From positions 32,001-96,000 of the IMG/VR virus record IMGVR_UViG_3300045974_000283: DNA of 64,000 bases; one strand, given 5' to 3'. This DNA comes from a virus. The notes under the pieces are model-generated. The model was not told the origin of the DNA. It searched no databases and worked only from the letters and a program-made list of their open reading frames with translations. Shown here piece after piece: positions 1-9,517 of this stretch (its first letter is position 1; every line of letters begins with the position of its first letter). The position numbers and the translations under genes are program-made.

Positions 1-778
1 AGACCCAATTCGTGCCGTCGTACTCGGGGTTCATTTTGATGACTGGGAACATGGCCTTGGAGGGCAGGCCTCCAAGGATCTTCTCGTTCTTCATCGTGTA
101 GACCGCGCCGTTCGCGTCGACGCGACCGATGAAACCCGTGGGTAGGTCAGTCACAATGCCGTGCGACTTCAGATGATCCAACACCTCCTGCAACGGGACG
201 GTCGTCTCGTCCTGATTGCGGATGTAGTTGTTCATCGGCCCCTTCCAGGAATCGACGAACCTCTTCCGCAGTTGCAGGTACTCCGAGTAGATCAGCGGGT
301 TGGACTCCTTCGCGGCCTTGCGCTCGTCAAGGGTAAGCTCGATACCGTCACCGCCGAGCTTCTTCACCACCGACTTGAGGGTCGTGGTGACGGCCTTCTG
401 AGAAACGACGGGCTTCTCGAAGTAGCCCCGAATGAAGTCGTCGTCCATGTCCGCCGTCAACTTCTCAATCACCTTGAGGGCGTTCGGCGAGGAGGTACGG
501 AAGAAGGTCGCGTAGTTCTTCATCCAGAGCACAGGGGTGGCCCGTGCGCCGGGTGACTTGGCGTAGGCTTCCGCGTAGCGCCTCACGCCAGCAGACAGCG
601 CACCCCAATCAAACTCCTTGCCCTTGTCGTACGCGTCGAAAGCGCCCTTCAGTTCTGGAATCTTCCCCAGAACCTTGGCACGATTGGCAGGCGACATGAC
701 ATCTGCGAGTTCCTTGATGGGATGTTTCCCATTGAGGTAGCAGATGACGATCGCCGTCAGGATTTGGATGAGTTCCAC
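1..778 (-). CDS. N-terminal part of a large protein, probably DNA topoisomerase IB-like (runs off the window)
   Basis: Not in the ORF track. Read by hand from GTG at 778 (RBS-like TAGGGG upstream): VELIQILTAIVICYLNGKHPIKEL...TGFIGRVDANGAVYTMKNEKILGGLPSKAMFPVIKMNPEYDGTNWV, open to base 1 with phage-like codon usage. The Topo IB call is recalled similarity and synteny with RSL1/Y3-like phages; the catalytic domain is outside the window. The CDS itself is more certain than the function. Confidence 0.5.
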   Translation of the reverse strand, partial: MELIQILTAIVICYLNGKHPIKELADVMSPANRAKVLGKIPELKGAFDAYDKGKEFDWGALSAGVRRYAEAYAKSPGARATPVLWMKNYATFFRTSSPNALKVIEKLTADMDDDFIRGYFEKPVVSQKAVTTTLKSVVKKLGGDGIELTLDERKAAKESNPLIYSEYLQLRKRFVDSWKGPMNNYIRNQDETTVPLQEVLDHLKSHGIVTDLPTGFIGRVDANGAVYTMKNEKILGGLPSKAMFPVIKMNPEYDGTNWV

Positions 779-804
779 AAGTAGCCCCTAGTTTCATAGA
801 CCCC

Positions 805-812
805 TAAAATTG
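805..812 (-). promoter_or_regulatory. CAHTTTTA motif upstream of topoisomerase-like gene
   Basis: GGGCAATTTTA, 27 nt before GTG 778. Confidence 0.45.
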
Positions 813-822
813 CCCTGAGCGA

Positions 823-3396
823 TCAGGCCGTGCGCTTCCACTTGGAGACGACCGTGTACGGAGGCAGATTGTTGTGAGCGCCGCCACCGCCCGTCGTGGT
901 CATCGTGTCGAAGTAGAGATAGGCATTGTTGTCAGGGTCAGTGGAGTGCGAGCCGACGTTTCCGTTGTAGCCTGTTGGAGGAGCGCCTGGATCTCCTTGA
1001 AGTTCCTTGTAGGTTGCAGTCGCCTCAGCACTCGCAGCCTCAGGGTAGTATCGGTCACGCACACCAAGCGCTGGAACTTCAGCGGCCGTCAACGTGTGAG
1101 TCTTCTCGCCACCAGTGACGCCGACCGTATCGAAGTCCGGATCGCTGGCATCCTTGCCGATGTACATACGACCGACCGCCGTGCGAACCCAAGTCGTGCC
1201 TGCGTAGTCTGCATTAGGATCGCTGTCATCTTCACGGATGATGACCGTGCCCACCTTGTAGACGATGTCGATGATCACCGAGGTCAGACTGGCACCGAGT
1301 CCGTCGAACGCCGTCTTTGCCATTGATACACCGTCGAAGGTGTAGTGATACGGACTGCGAGCGAAGACATAGCACATGGAACCAGCGGCAAGCGTGAAAC
1401 TCCCACCCGAACCATCGAAGTTGTTCGTGAAGAGCACACCGGAACCCGGGATGACGTTCGCATCTGCGCTTCCAGAATTCTGCAGCCAGAAGTATTCGCC
1501 TTCTCGAAAGATCCCACCCGGAATCGTGAAGGGGCCTTGCGCCCTCACCTGACGACCCGAAGCCGAGGCGTTGATCGTGTAGGTAGTATCCGAACCCGAG
1601 CCGAGCGGTGGGAACCGACGAACAGCGGCCTTGTCGTAGTAGGCCGCATCCGGGTTGTAAGACGGGTCGTAGATGTTCTGGGAACCGTTGACGTAGTTAT
1701 CACCCGAGAAGACAGCGTGGTTGCCACCGGGGCCACCGTCAAAGACCAGAACCGTCGTGCTTGTTGTCAGCCATGCCGCAGTGCGCGCCAGTGTGGCGAC
1801 GCCCGTAGCGATGTTGATAGACGCGATCGGAACGATCTGCCCGGTCGAAGGCAGCATCAGCATGTAGCGATAGGCCGGACCGTTGTGAGCCAGATCGCGG
1901 TTGTAGTCGTAGAACCGCGAAGACGTCACCAGCAGACCGGAGCGCGCTGAGGGCGTGAGCTGACCGACTTCGCGATAACCCTGAAGGCTCCAACGACCCG
2001 CCGCTGTATCACGAGTGAGCAAGATCGTCCGGTCTGACGCCGACTGAGGAGTTTTGTCCTGCACCAGGATGGCGTTGACCTTGCCGCCGTGGTCGTTGGG
2101 AAGGCGGACGAGGTCTGGGTTGAAGAAGATCGGGATACACGGGCCGACCGAGTTCGGGAACGCTTCCGGCTCGTAGATTTGGAAGGCGTCTCCGGAAGCC
2201 AGATCGCTGATTGGGTCTTGCAGCGCACAGGAACCCGTCTGGTCCGCTGTGACCATCGACATCGCACCGTCGGAGGCGCGCTGGATCAAGAAGCGGTTGG
2301 ACCCTATCGAACCGATCACGGCCAAAGGACTGCCCGCAGGAACCACCAGCGTCGTGGAGTTGGAACCCGTCTGCGCGGTGACGCCGTAGCGATGCGTCCA
2401 GCCTTCCGGGGTCCACTCTCCAGCGCTGAGCTTCTTCAGCATGATCACCGAGTCTTCGTAGGCATTCAAGATGGACGCCGTGCGAGCGTAGAGAACATTG
2501 CAGTTGAAGCCCATCTTGCCCGGAGCACGAACAAGGCTCATGTCCACGACAGGGATGTTCGTGTCGTAGTCGTCGCCCCGGAATTCGTACAGGCGGAAGG
2601 TCGCGCCCGCAGTCATCCAAGCGCAGGCGTAGGACAGGGTCGCAGTGCCGTCGCCGTTCGACGTAGCCGTGACGATCTTGCCCGTGACGTCTTGCAGGAG
2701 GTACAGGTAGGGGCGCGACGTAGCGATCGGGTCACGCCAGAGGTTCGCATCTGTGGCGTTCGCAAGCGTCGTGGTCGCACCGGTGTTCACCGTGTAGGCA
2801 CCGCGATAGAGGTAGTCCGTGGGCGTCCACTGCGTTGCGCTCTCGCGCTTCAGGGCGATCGTGGACGTACCCGACGAGGGCGCGTTCGGAGTCTTCAACC
2901 GGGCGAGCACGAGGTTCGTATCCGCGCCGGTAATATCAGGGCCAAGAACAGCGCTGCCAGCGTAGGTCGGAACGATGGCGCTCAGGGTGGAAGTGAAATC
3001 CAGAACCGCTGCGATGCCTTGCAGTTGCACGAGGCAGTGAAACGTCCACACCGAGCCGACACCTGAGGAGGCGTCGCGCACCTGCTGTTGAAGGGTCGGG
3101 TAGACCCCGCGAGCAAACAGGACGGGGACAACGTCGTTCGTGAACAGGCAGATCTCAGCAAAGTTGAACGGGCCTGCAGACGCGGGGATTTGCACCACGA
3201 TGTCAGCTGTGTTGTCGTCCACGCGAAGGACGGCTGCGACGGTGCCCGTGTAGACGACCGTTCCAATCACGTCGGTATCGCCAGGAGCAGCGGCGGTCGT
3301 GCTCGTCCCGAGTTTGAAATTTCCGAGATGGATAGCCGGGCCACCAGCGGCGACAGTTGCGGCAGCGAGGCCGACGTCAGTTACGATGAAGTTCAT
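823..3396 (-). CDS. Baseplate-anchored tail fibre protein (857 aa)
   Basis: P2 gpH-like N-terminus (MNFIVTDVGLAAA...NFKLG...GPFNFAEICLF), three internal ~135-aa repeats, and a T4 gp10-C-like end (YKVGTV...TWVRTAVGRMYIG...GGEKTHTLT...HNNLPPYTVVSKWKRTA). Directly downstream of baseplate genes. Confidence 0.85.
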   Translation of the reverse strand: MNFIVTDVGLAAATVAAGGPAIHLGNFKLGTSTTAAAPGDTDVIGTVVYTGTVAAVLRVDDNTADIVVQIPASAGPFNFAEICLFTNDVVPVLFARGVYPTLQQQVRDASSGVGSVWTFHCLVQLQGIAAVLDFTSTLSAIVPTYAGSAVLGPDITGADTNLVLARLKTPNAPSSGTSTIALKRESATQWTPTDYLYRGAYTVNTGATTTLANATDANLWRDPIATSRPYLYLLQDVTGKIVTATSNGDGTATLSYACAWMTAGATFRLYEFRGDDYDTNIPVVDMSLVRAPGKMGFNCNVLYARTASILNAYEDSVIMLKKLSAGEWTPEGWTHRYGVTAQTGSNSTTLVVPAGSPLAVIGSIGSNRFLIQRASDGAMSMVTADQTGSCALQDPISDLASGDAFQIYEPEAFPNSVGPCIPIFFNPDLVRLPNDHGGKVNAILVQDKTPQSASDRTILLTRDTAAGRWSLQGYREVGQLTPSARSGLLVTSSRFYDYNRDLAHNGPAYRYMLMLPSTGQIVPIASINIATGVATLARTAAWLTTSTTVLVFDGGPGGNHAVFSGDNYVNGSQNIYDPSYNPDAAYYDKAAVRRFPPLGSGSDTTYTINASASGRQVRAQGPFTIPGGIFREGEYFWLQNSGSADANVIPGSGVLFTNNFDGSGGSFTLAAGSMCYVFARSPYHYTFDGVSMAKTAFDGLGASLTSVIIDIVYKVGTVIIREDDSDPNADYAGTTWVRTAVGRMYIGKDASDPDFDTVGVTGGEKTHTLTAAEVPALGVRDRYYPEAASAEATATYKELQGDPGAPPTGYNGNVGSHSTDPDNNAYLYFDTMTTTGGGGAHNNLPPYTVVSKWKRTA

Positions 3397-3405
3397 GAGA
3401 GTTCC

Positions 3406-4233
3406 TTAGATGTACGGGGGACCAGCGTAATACGGAGAGATGACTCGTTCGGTGCGTTCTACGACCATCGCCGTGCTCACCACATAGAGCGGGTCCGGCA
3501 CTAAGCCGACAGGGCCTGTATCGGTGACGTCGTAGGTGAGCTCGCCCATGATCTTGAGCGCGACGGATTCCAGAACGAGGTTGTAGTTGGCAATCGCGTA
3601 GAACAGGCGCACCAGTTCCGGGAGGGTGTTCAGGTCAAACTCACCGAGCACAATGTTGATGCGAACGTGCGTCGTGGGATACCAATCACCGCCATCCCAG
3701 ATAGGGGTCCCGATGCCCTCGTCCTCCTGCAAGAACGTCTTGTAGTCCGTCGTCCACAGACGGTGCATCTTGACGTTCGTGTTCAGCACGAAGTTGATGT
3801 ATTCGATGACGGCATCCAACCCCTTGTGATACCAATACATACCGATCGTCTGAGTCGTCCGGTGGAGTGGGCTGTTCTCAAGAGTGGGCGTGACGTGAAC
3901 CAGCGATGGATCAAGAATCGAGGGGTCTTCGATGCGAACGCCCAAGTGGTTCAAGCGCAGGCGCTCGATGTTCGAATCGAAGACATGGTAGTCGGTTGGG
4001 AGTACGAACTCCCGGTTTACCACCTTGTCAGCCACCAAGCTGAAGTCGAGTGACGATGCCGCCGTCAGATCGTAGTCCGTGATGGAAGTATGACGAATGA
4101 ACTCCAGGGCGTCTAGCGGCTGATGAACCTCCGTGTCGAAGACCGCAGACATGGCGTCAGCCAGATCGAGCCATGCTTGGTTCTGCAGGTAGCTCGGGAG
4201 CAAGAGCTTGTAGTCAGTGCCGGATGACATCAC
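3406..4233 (-). CDS. Baseplate wedge subunit (gpI/gp7-like)
   Basis: Lies between baseplate J and tail fibre; YWYHKG...INFVLN motif typical of wedge proteins; RBS AAGGA-like spacing and overlap with the J gene stop. Confidence 0.65.
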   Translation of the reverse strand: MMSSGTDYKLLLPSYLQNQAWLDLADAMSAVFDTEVHQPLDALEFIRHTSITDYDLTAASSLDFSLVADKVVNREFVLPTDYHVFDSNIERLRLNHLGVRIEDPSILDPSLVHVTPTLENSPLHRTTQTIGMYWYHKGLDAVIEYINFVLNTNVKMHRLWTTDYKTFLQEDEGIGTPIWDGGDWYPTTHVRINIVLGEFDLNTLPELVRLFYAIANYNLVLESVALKIMGELTYDVTDTGPVGLVPDPLYVVSTAMVVERTERVISPYYAGPPYI

Positions 4234-5996
4234 AGGCTCCGTTCGCTGTAGCGAGCTTCAACGGTCAGGCTTGCCAGCGTGTTGTAGAGGATCGGGTAGT
4301 CCGCCAGCGTAGGCAGCGGATCGGTGGACGGGGTGACGGTGCCGTCGTCCGTGAAGGTGAGACCCGTCGTTGAACCGATGACGCCCTGACCGCCGTAGCG
4401 GCCGACAACATAGTACATGGTCGCGCCAGGATAGGCGTCCCATGAGATGTCAACGTGCGAGCCGCTGTCAGTCACGTTGATTGAGCTGTAGTGCGCCGGA
4501 CGCGTGAGTCCGTTTGCGTCCTGCGCGTAGACCGAGTACGAGTAGAGGGCCGCAGGGAGTATCCCGTAGCTGTCCAGAGTCGTGAGCACGGGTTGCCGCA
4601 TCGGACGAGCGGACACGATCATGTCCTGGAGCGGTTCCAAGAGGTCGACGTACTCGATGCCTGAGTTGGACGCCAAAGCCGCACGGTAGACGTCCGACAA
4701 CGCTATATCCCAGCTCAGGTAGTTGGAACGGAGGGCGAACAGCGCGCGGATGGCCGCGTCTGCATCAGCAGCGCACTGCGTAGCGTCGGCCCAATTGAAG
4801 CATCGCACTGCGACACGAAGTGTCCGCGGGACAGCGACGGGGTCAACGAGGTAGAGAACCGGAGCGTACATGCAAGATTTCTGCATGTAGGTGAGGAAAG
4901 CCGCTTTGGTAGGTGCGTCCCACCCGGACGAAGTCAGCAGTGTCACCTGGATGGTGTTCATCCGACGAACGTCCGTGTGATCGAGCTCGCGCTGCGCGTA
5001 GAGCTTGGCGTCTACGACACCAGGATAGCTGAGCGCCGTGTTCTTGTACTGATCACGAGTGACCGCTGAATCGAAGTTGCCGAAGTTGGAAGCGCTCAGG
5101 GTTTTGTAGGTCAGCGGCGAGGGCTGATCACCACCGCCCGTGGGAGTGCTGACGAAGGCGTAGGTCAGGCCAGATGCCAGCGTCGTGACGGGGTTGATCT
5201 TCGCGTCGGTGACCGAGATGTTGTTTCCATCGGAGCCGGAGGTCACCGCATACAGGATGCGGACGAGGTCGGTGTTTGCAGGCTTGTAGCCGAAGTTGTC
5301 GTTACCGAAGCTGAGCTTCAAGCGACCGTCCGGGGTCGTGCGGTCGAGCACCTTCTGAGCTGAGGAGCCGTCGTTGCGATGCAGCCAGAGGCCGTCGCGC
5401 ACTACATCTTGACGGTCACCGTTGGCATAGACCACGACGTGACCCTCCATGTCAGAAACCGTGAAGTTCTTCTCCGGCGACACGAACGTGACGTAGTCGT
5501 AGCCGGGGCCTTGGATGGTCTGATCGATGACGTAGCCCTGATAGAAGGTGACCGCCTCCGTGCTACCATCAGCCACGACCACAGAGTCCGTACTGAACCA
5601 GTAGGTGCCCGCTCCCTGGAACTGAGTGAAGGCCACGATGGTCGCCGAGGGATTGGCACCATCACCCGGAACCGTCACACGCGAGGGGTCAACGTAGCTG
5701 ATGTTCACCGTCAGCGAGGCCGGGGTCTTGCGCGTCAGTCGGAGGCCTTGCGTGTCCGCGATGGCGTACTGCGCTCGTGCAGCGACGGCCGTTTCCGAGA
5801 AGGCGTCTTGCGAAAAGCGCAGACCCTTCATCTGAGCGCTGGAACCCACCGTGGCGATGAAATCCAGCAGGGCCTGTCCGGTCTGCGTAGGTAGCAAACC
5901 CTTCCAAGCGTCTTTGGTGGACAGGCGCGATTGCAGTTGGGAACGGATGCCCTCGAAGTCTGGTTGGAGCGTGGAAAGGTAGATGGGATCAGGCAT
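4230..5996 (-). CDS. Baseplate wedge J/gp6-like protein with C-terminal FN3-like insertion
   Basis: DFEGIRSQL start, FSETAV, LKLSFGNDNFGYKP, AVTRDQY...PGVVDA motifs typical of gp6/J; position after the gp25-like gene. Confidence 0.85.
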   Translation of the reverse strand: MPDPIYLSTLQPDFEGIRSQLQSRLSTKDAWKGLLPTQTGQALLDFIATVGSSAQMKGLRFSQDAFSETAVAARAQYAIADTQGLRLTRKTPASLTVNISYVDPSRVTVPGDGANPSATIVAFTQFQGAGTYWFSTDSVVVADGSTEAVTFYQGYVIDQTIQGPGYDYVTFVSPEKNFTVSDMEGHVVVYANGDRQDVVRDGLWLHRNDGSSAQKVLDRTTPDGRLKLSFGNDNFGYKPANTDLVRILYAVTSGSDGNNISVTDAKINPVTTLASGLTYAFVSTPTGGGDQPSPLTYKTLSASNFGNFDSAVTRDQYKNTALSYPGVVDAKLYAQRELDHTDVRRMNTIQVTLLTSSGWDAPTKAAFLTYMQKSCMYAPVLYLVDPVAVPRTLRVAVRCFNWADATQCAADADAAIRALFALRSNYLSWDIALSDVYRAALASNSGIEYVDLLEPLQDMIVSARPMRQPVLTTLDSYGILPAALYSYSVYAQDANGLTRPAHYSSINVTDSGSHVDISWDAYPGATMYYVVGRYGGQGVIGSTTGLTFTDDGTVTPSTDPLPTLADYPILYNTLASLTVEARYSERSL

Positions 5997-5997
5997 G

Positions 5998-6432
5998 TCA
6001 GTTCCTCAGGATGAAGTTTTCGGTGGAGCGGATCCCGTTGAAGAGGATCTGGACTGCCACCCGGTAGAGCTGATTGTTTCGATCGGGCACGACCGTGATG
6101 TCCGACGGTGAGACCCGCACACGGGGCTCCCACTTGTAGATCGACTGATACAGCGTGATGCCGAGCAGCTGACCCGTCTTCTCATCGACAGGCTCTTGCA
6201 GCATGTCGTAGACGCCCGAGAAATAGTCTGGCGTGAAGATGCGTGACCGGGTGCCCCGGAACGCCAAGATGAGGTTCCGAATGGAAGCCATCACAGCGAC
6301 CCGGTCGTAGACCAGAACCGGGACACCTTCACCCTGCACGGGGTTGACATCGACGTACCGGGCGTCCGATCGCCGATGGTTCGGGGCAATCAGGAACTCC
6401 GGCAGGGTATCAGCGTTGTCTGAGATAGCCAT
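5998..6432 (-). CDS. Baseplate wedge gp25/gpW-like protein
   Basis: SIRNLILAFRGTR...IYKWEPRV motif, 144 aa, between spike and J. Confidence 0.9.
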   Translation of the reverse strand: MAISDNADTLPEFLIAPNHRRSDARYVDVNPVQGEGVPVLVYDRVAVMASIRNLILAFRGTRSRIFTPDYFSGVYDMLQEPVDEKTGQLLGITLYQSIYKWEPRVRVSPSDITVVPDRNNQLYRVAVQILFNGIRSTENFILRN

Positions 6433-6441
6433 GACAGCTCC

Positions 6442-7239
6442 TTAGGTTGGAAGCGGAGGCGTCGTGGAAGACGAACCCGACATGACGCCCGCATGGGTAT
6501 GAGTGAGCAGCGAGATGCCGTTCGCCACGACGTCCAGCTGGAAAGTTGCCAGACCCGAATGGCTTTCCGCCTGTGAGTTGACAACGAGCGCGCCCTGGAT
6601 GGTCTGAGTCTTGGTCAGGCCCACGAATTCCGTGTCCAGCCCACTGAGCGTAGCGGTTCGGTTGCCTGTGACCGCTGTCGTCTGACTGCCAGCGATGACT
6701 TCGTTCAGATCGCCGCCGACTTGCAAGGTGTACGAGCCCTTGACGATGTCGGTGCGGTTGCCCATCACCAGCGTTGCCATGTCGCCCGCCGCGTTGATGG
6801 CGTAGCACGTTCCCGAGTTGTGACGGAAGTAGTGCTCGCCTGTTGACACGTCGAAGTATGACAGATCACCCTTCGGCGTGACGTAGCCGATGCGGTGCGG
6901 ATAGTTCGTCTTCAGCTCGTCCGGCAGAATAAAAGTGCCCGCAGCCATGTCCGCGACATAGACTCCGTGCTCCAGATCGCCGTCTTCGAACATGACTTCC
7001 ACACGCGAGCCCACCGCTGGGACGTTGACAACTCCGTAGTTGTCGCCCATGCCGAACGGCGAGTACAGACGGGGCCGAATCCAAGGGAGCGTATCAACAG
7101 CGCCTTCGAGCAGGGAAGGTACGACCACCTTGATGCGTTGATGCTGATCGGGGTCTTCGTTGAAGATGACCCATCCGACCACGGAGCCAGCGGTATCGCC
7201 TCGCTTGCTGAACTCTACGCCAGGAGCACTGAATGACAT
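6442..7239 (-). CDS. Baseplate central spike (gpV/gp5-like)
   Basis: OB-fold start (DPDQHQRIKV...LPW...VPAVGSRVEVMFEDGD), beta-helix repeats (VMGNRTDIVKGSYTLQVGGD), C-terminal HTH (His-x-His) iron-binding apex LLTHTH. Confidence 0.9.
   Translation of the reverse strand: MSFSAPGVEFSKRGDTAGSVVGWVIFNEDPDQHQRIKVVVPSLLEGAVDTLPWIRPRLYSPFGMGDNYGVVNVPAVGSRVEVMFEDGDLEHGVYVADMAAGTFILPDELKTNYPHRIGYVTPKGDLSYFDVSTGEHYFRHNSGTCYAINAAGDMATLVMGNRTDIVKGSYTLQVGGDLNEVIAGSQTTAVTGNRTATLSGLDTEFVGLTKTQTIQGALVVNSQAESHSGLATFQLDVVANGISLLTHTHAGVMSGSSSTTPPLPT
6930..6937 (-). promoter_or_regulatory. CAHTTTTA motif inside spike gene
   Basis: GGGCACTTTTATT built from AT-rich codons ACT TTT ATT; upstream of wedge genes. 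Confidence 0.35.
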
Positions 7240-7248
7240 GTTGAATCC

Positions 7249-9144
7249 TTAAGGCAGCAGATCAGTGACCGAAGCGATGGAGGAATCCTTCGTCGTGGTC
7301 AAGATGGAAGAGGCGTTCGTAGCCTGATTTGAGATATCAGATGCGGTGGAAGACAGGCTATCTACTGCACCTGAGACCGCACTCTGCGCGCTTGAGATCG
7401 CTGAGCTCACGCTCGCTAGACTGCCGAGACCCGCCGCTGAAACGATGGATGCGAAGGACGGAGGCGAGAGCATGGACAGAGCTGCGCTGATGTGCGGGAT
7501 GGCACCACCGAGTCCCGGAAACGACGACGCCAAGGAGCCCAAGCTAGACGCGGCTCCGAGAGCACTCGATGCGGCCCTCGCGGCTTGAGGGGCCACAGAC
7601 TCGATTGCTGCCCGAGGCGACTCGACCGCAGAGGTGATGTCTGACGTAGCTGTCGCGGCCACCGCAGCCGCTGCTCCCATGGAGTCGGTCGGGTCGGACG
7701 CCAGGATGCCGGTGATGGTTCCGGTCGCCGTAGACACCAGACTGGACGCACCCGCAGCGACACCCGACAGACTGCCCCTGATGTCCGGCACCGTGGCACC
7801 AGTCAAGGCAGTCAAGGTGCGCGCCGCGCCAAGAGATGCTCCGGCTCCGGCTGACGAGATCGACCCTGTGATGGTTGATGTGGCCTGTGCGATGGCATCT
7901 GTAAGAAACGAAAAGCTCAATGGAATCAAAGACGCGGCTGAGGCCACCGGAGCGGGAAGGCTGGCCGTCCTCTTGAGGGGAGCGCTCGCGGTGGACGCCG
8001 ACTTGGCGAGAGCCGAGTTGACCGTGCGGCGAAGCAAGGAGAACCGCTCCGCGTAGTGGCCTTGAGTGATGTAGATCACCTTCGTGGCGATGCGGTACAG
8101 GCCCTTCCAAGCTGAGGCTGATGCGTTCGACTCTTCCAGCAGAGTCGTGATTACGTTTGTGCAGTCAGTGATATGAAACGGCGTCATCACCGGGGTGACT
8201 AGCTCGAACTGCGATGAGAACAAAGATTGGACACGCGAGTTCTGGTAGCGGGCGCTCTGGCTGTTCTCGTGGGCGTTGCCCGGAGAGATAGGACCGAAGC
8301 GCACGTTGCCCTCATTGATGGACGACTTCACCTCACTGTTGACCATCAACTGGCCTTGCTCGTTGACAACCGTTCCAATCGCCGAGTGCTTGGTGTTGAT
8401 AGACTCGGCGTCCAACAGGTTCTGCTCCACCACCGCACCCGCATATCCAGCGCGGATGTTCTCCACGCCAGAGTTCGTTGAGGGCTTGTAGGAGACCGCT
8501 GGGTAGCCGCTGCGCCCTGACATGTCAAGGATACCAAAGCTTCCCACCGGGTTATCCATCGAGGTGATGTCGCGGTAGACGAGCGTCTTGTCCGTGGTCA
8601 CCGCGATCATCATGCACGAGTTCTCGGTAGCGTAGCCGCGCTCAGCAACGTACTTGGCAAACGAGTTGATCGTCTTGTTGCCAGGATACCAAATCTGCTG
8701 ATCGGAGGTACCGACGCCGCTGAAGGTGAACCCGCACGTGTCGGCCACCTTCTTGAGCACGTCGCTCGACGAACCCTTCACCGGATCTTTCAGGGTAGCG
8801 GCCAGATACTTGGGAGCGTCGAGCAGGGCTTCGATCAAGTAGGTATCCGCAGCCGGACCGGGCTCGCGCTTCTTGGATGCCAGACGGAACTCAACCGTGG
8901 ACAGCTTGGAGCCTTCCAGTGTGCCGCTGCCGAAGACCACCTTGATGAGCGTAGCGTCGGCCAGCGCGCCGTTCTGGATGAGCCACTGCTCGCCGTCCTT
9001 CAACGATATGGTCAGCATCGGCAGCTGAAGCATCGTCGACTCCACGATGTGGATGAAGTCGAAGGAGTTGACTTGGTTGAACGGGAACTCCAACCCGTTG
9101 AAGTAGAGCTCGACGTAAACTTGGTCTTGTAGTGAGTAGGCCAT
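7249..9144 (-). CDS. Baseplate hub (gp27/gpD-like) with long Ser/Ala-rich C-terminal extension
   Basis: Position upstream of spike; N-terminal ~375 aa globular, C-terminal ~250 aa low complexity. Confidence 0.65.
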   Translation of the reverse strand: MAYSLQDQVYVELYFNGLEFPFNQVNSFDFIHIVESTMLQLPMLTISLKDGEQWLIQNGALADATLIKVVFGSGTLEGSKLSTVEFRLASKKREPGPAADTYLIEALLDAPKYLAATLKDPVKGSSSDVLKKVADTCGFTFSGVGTSDQQIWYPGNKTINSFAKYVAERGYATENSCMMIAVTTDKTLVYRDITSMDNPVGSFGILDMSGRSGYPAVSYKPSTNSGVENIRAGYAGAVVEQNLLDAESINTKHSAIGTVVNEQGQLMVNSEVKSSINEGNVRFGPISPGNAHENSQSARYQNSRVQSLFSSQFELVTPVMTPFHITDCTNVITTLLEESNASASAWKGLYRIATKVIYITQGHYAERFSLLRRTVNSALAKSASTASAPLKRTASLPAPVASAASLIPLSFSFLTDAIAQATSTITGSISSAGAGASLGAARTLTALTGATVPDIRGSLSGVAAGASSLVSTATGTITGILASDPTDSMGAAAAVAATATSDITSAVESPRAAIESVAPQAARAASSALGAASSLGSLASSFPGLGGAIPHISAALSMLSPPSFASIVSAAGLGSLASVSSAISSAQSAVSGAVDSLSSTASDISNQATNASSILTTTKDSSIASVTDLLP

Positions 9145-9152
9145 GATGCCCC

Positions 9153-9509
9153 TTAGAGCAGGGTGACGTTGGAGTTCGGCAGGTAGTTCGTTCCTGAGTT
9201 CTCAGACTGACGAGCCTGTATGAACGCCATCAAGCGGTTCCTATCGGGAATGCGCAGTTGCACACCGGGCTGGACATCGCGGATGGAATCGTACAGACCG
9301 TTGAACATGAGCAGCGCCCACCAGAGGAACGGCGAGCCGAGCTTCTCCTGCGCGAGGCCGGGCAGATTGGCTGTCCACTGCGCGTCGACGACAACGGTCT
9401 CGACGGACGGAACCGAGAAGGCGATGTCCTTGAACGGGGCGTCCCAGAAGTTGATGGCGTCTTTCTCGTCCGTGGCCTGCACGAACACTTCGATCTGAAA
9501 TGCTGACAT
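9153..9509 (-). CDS. Baseplate LysM-like protein (gp53/gpX-like)
   Basis: LAQEKLGSPFLWWALLMFNG...QPGVQLRIP is the typical phage baseplate LysM signature. Confidence 0.8.
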   Translation of the reverse strand: MSAFQIEVFVQATDEKDAINFWDAPFKDIAFSVPSVETVVVDAQWTANLPGLAQEKLGSPFLWWALLMFNGLYDSIRDVQPGVQLRIPDRNRLMAFIQARQSENSGTNYLPNSNVTLL

Positions 9510-9517
9510 GGTTCACC

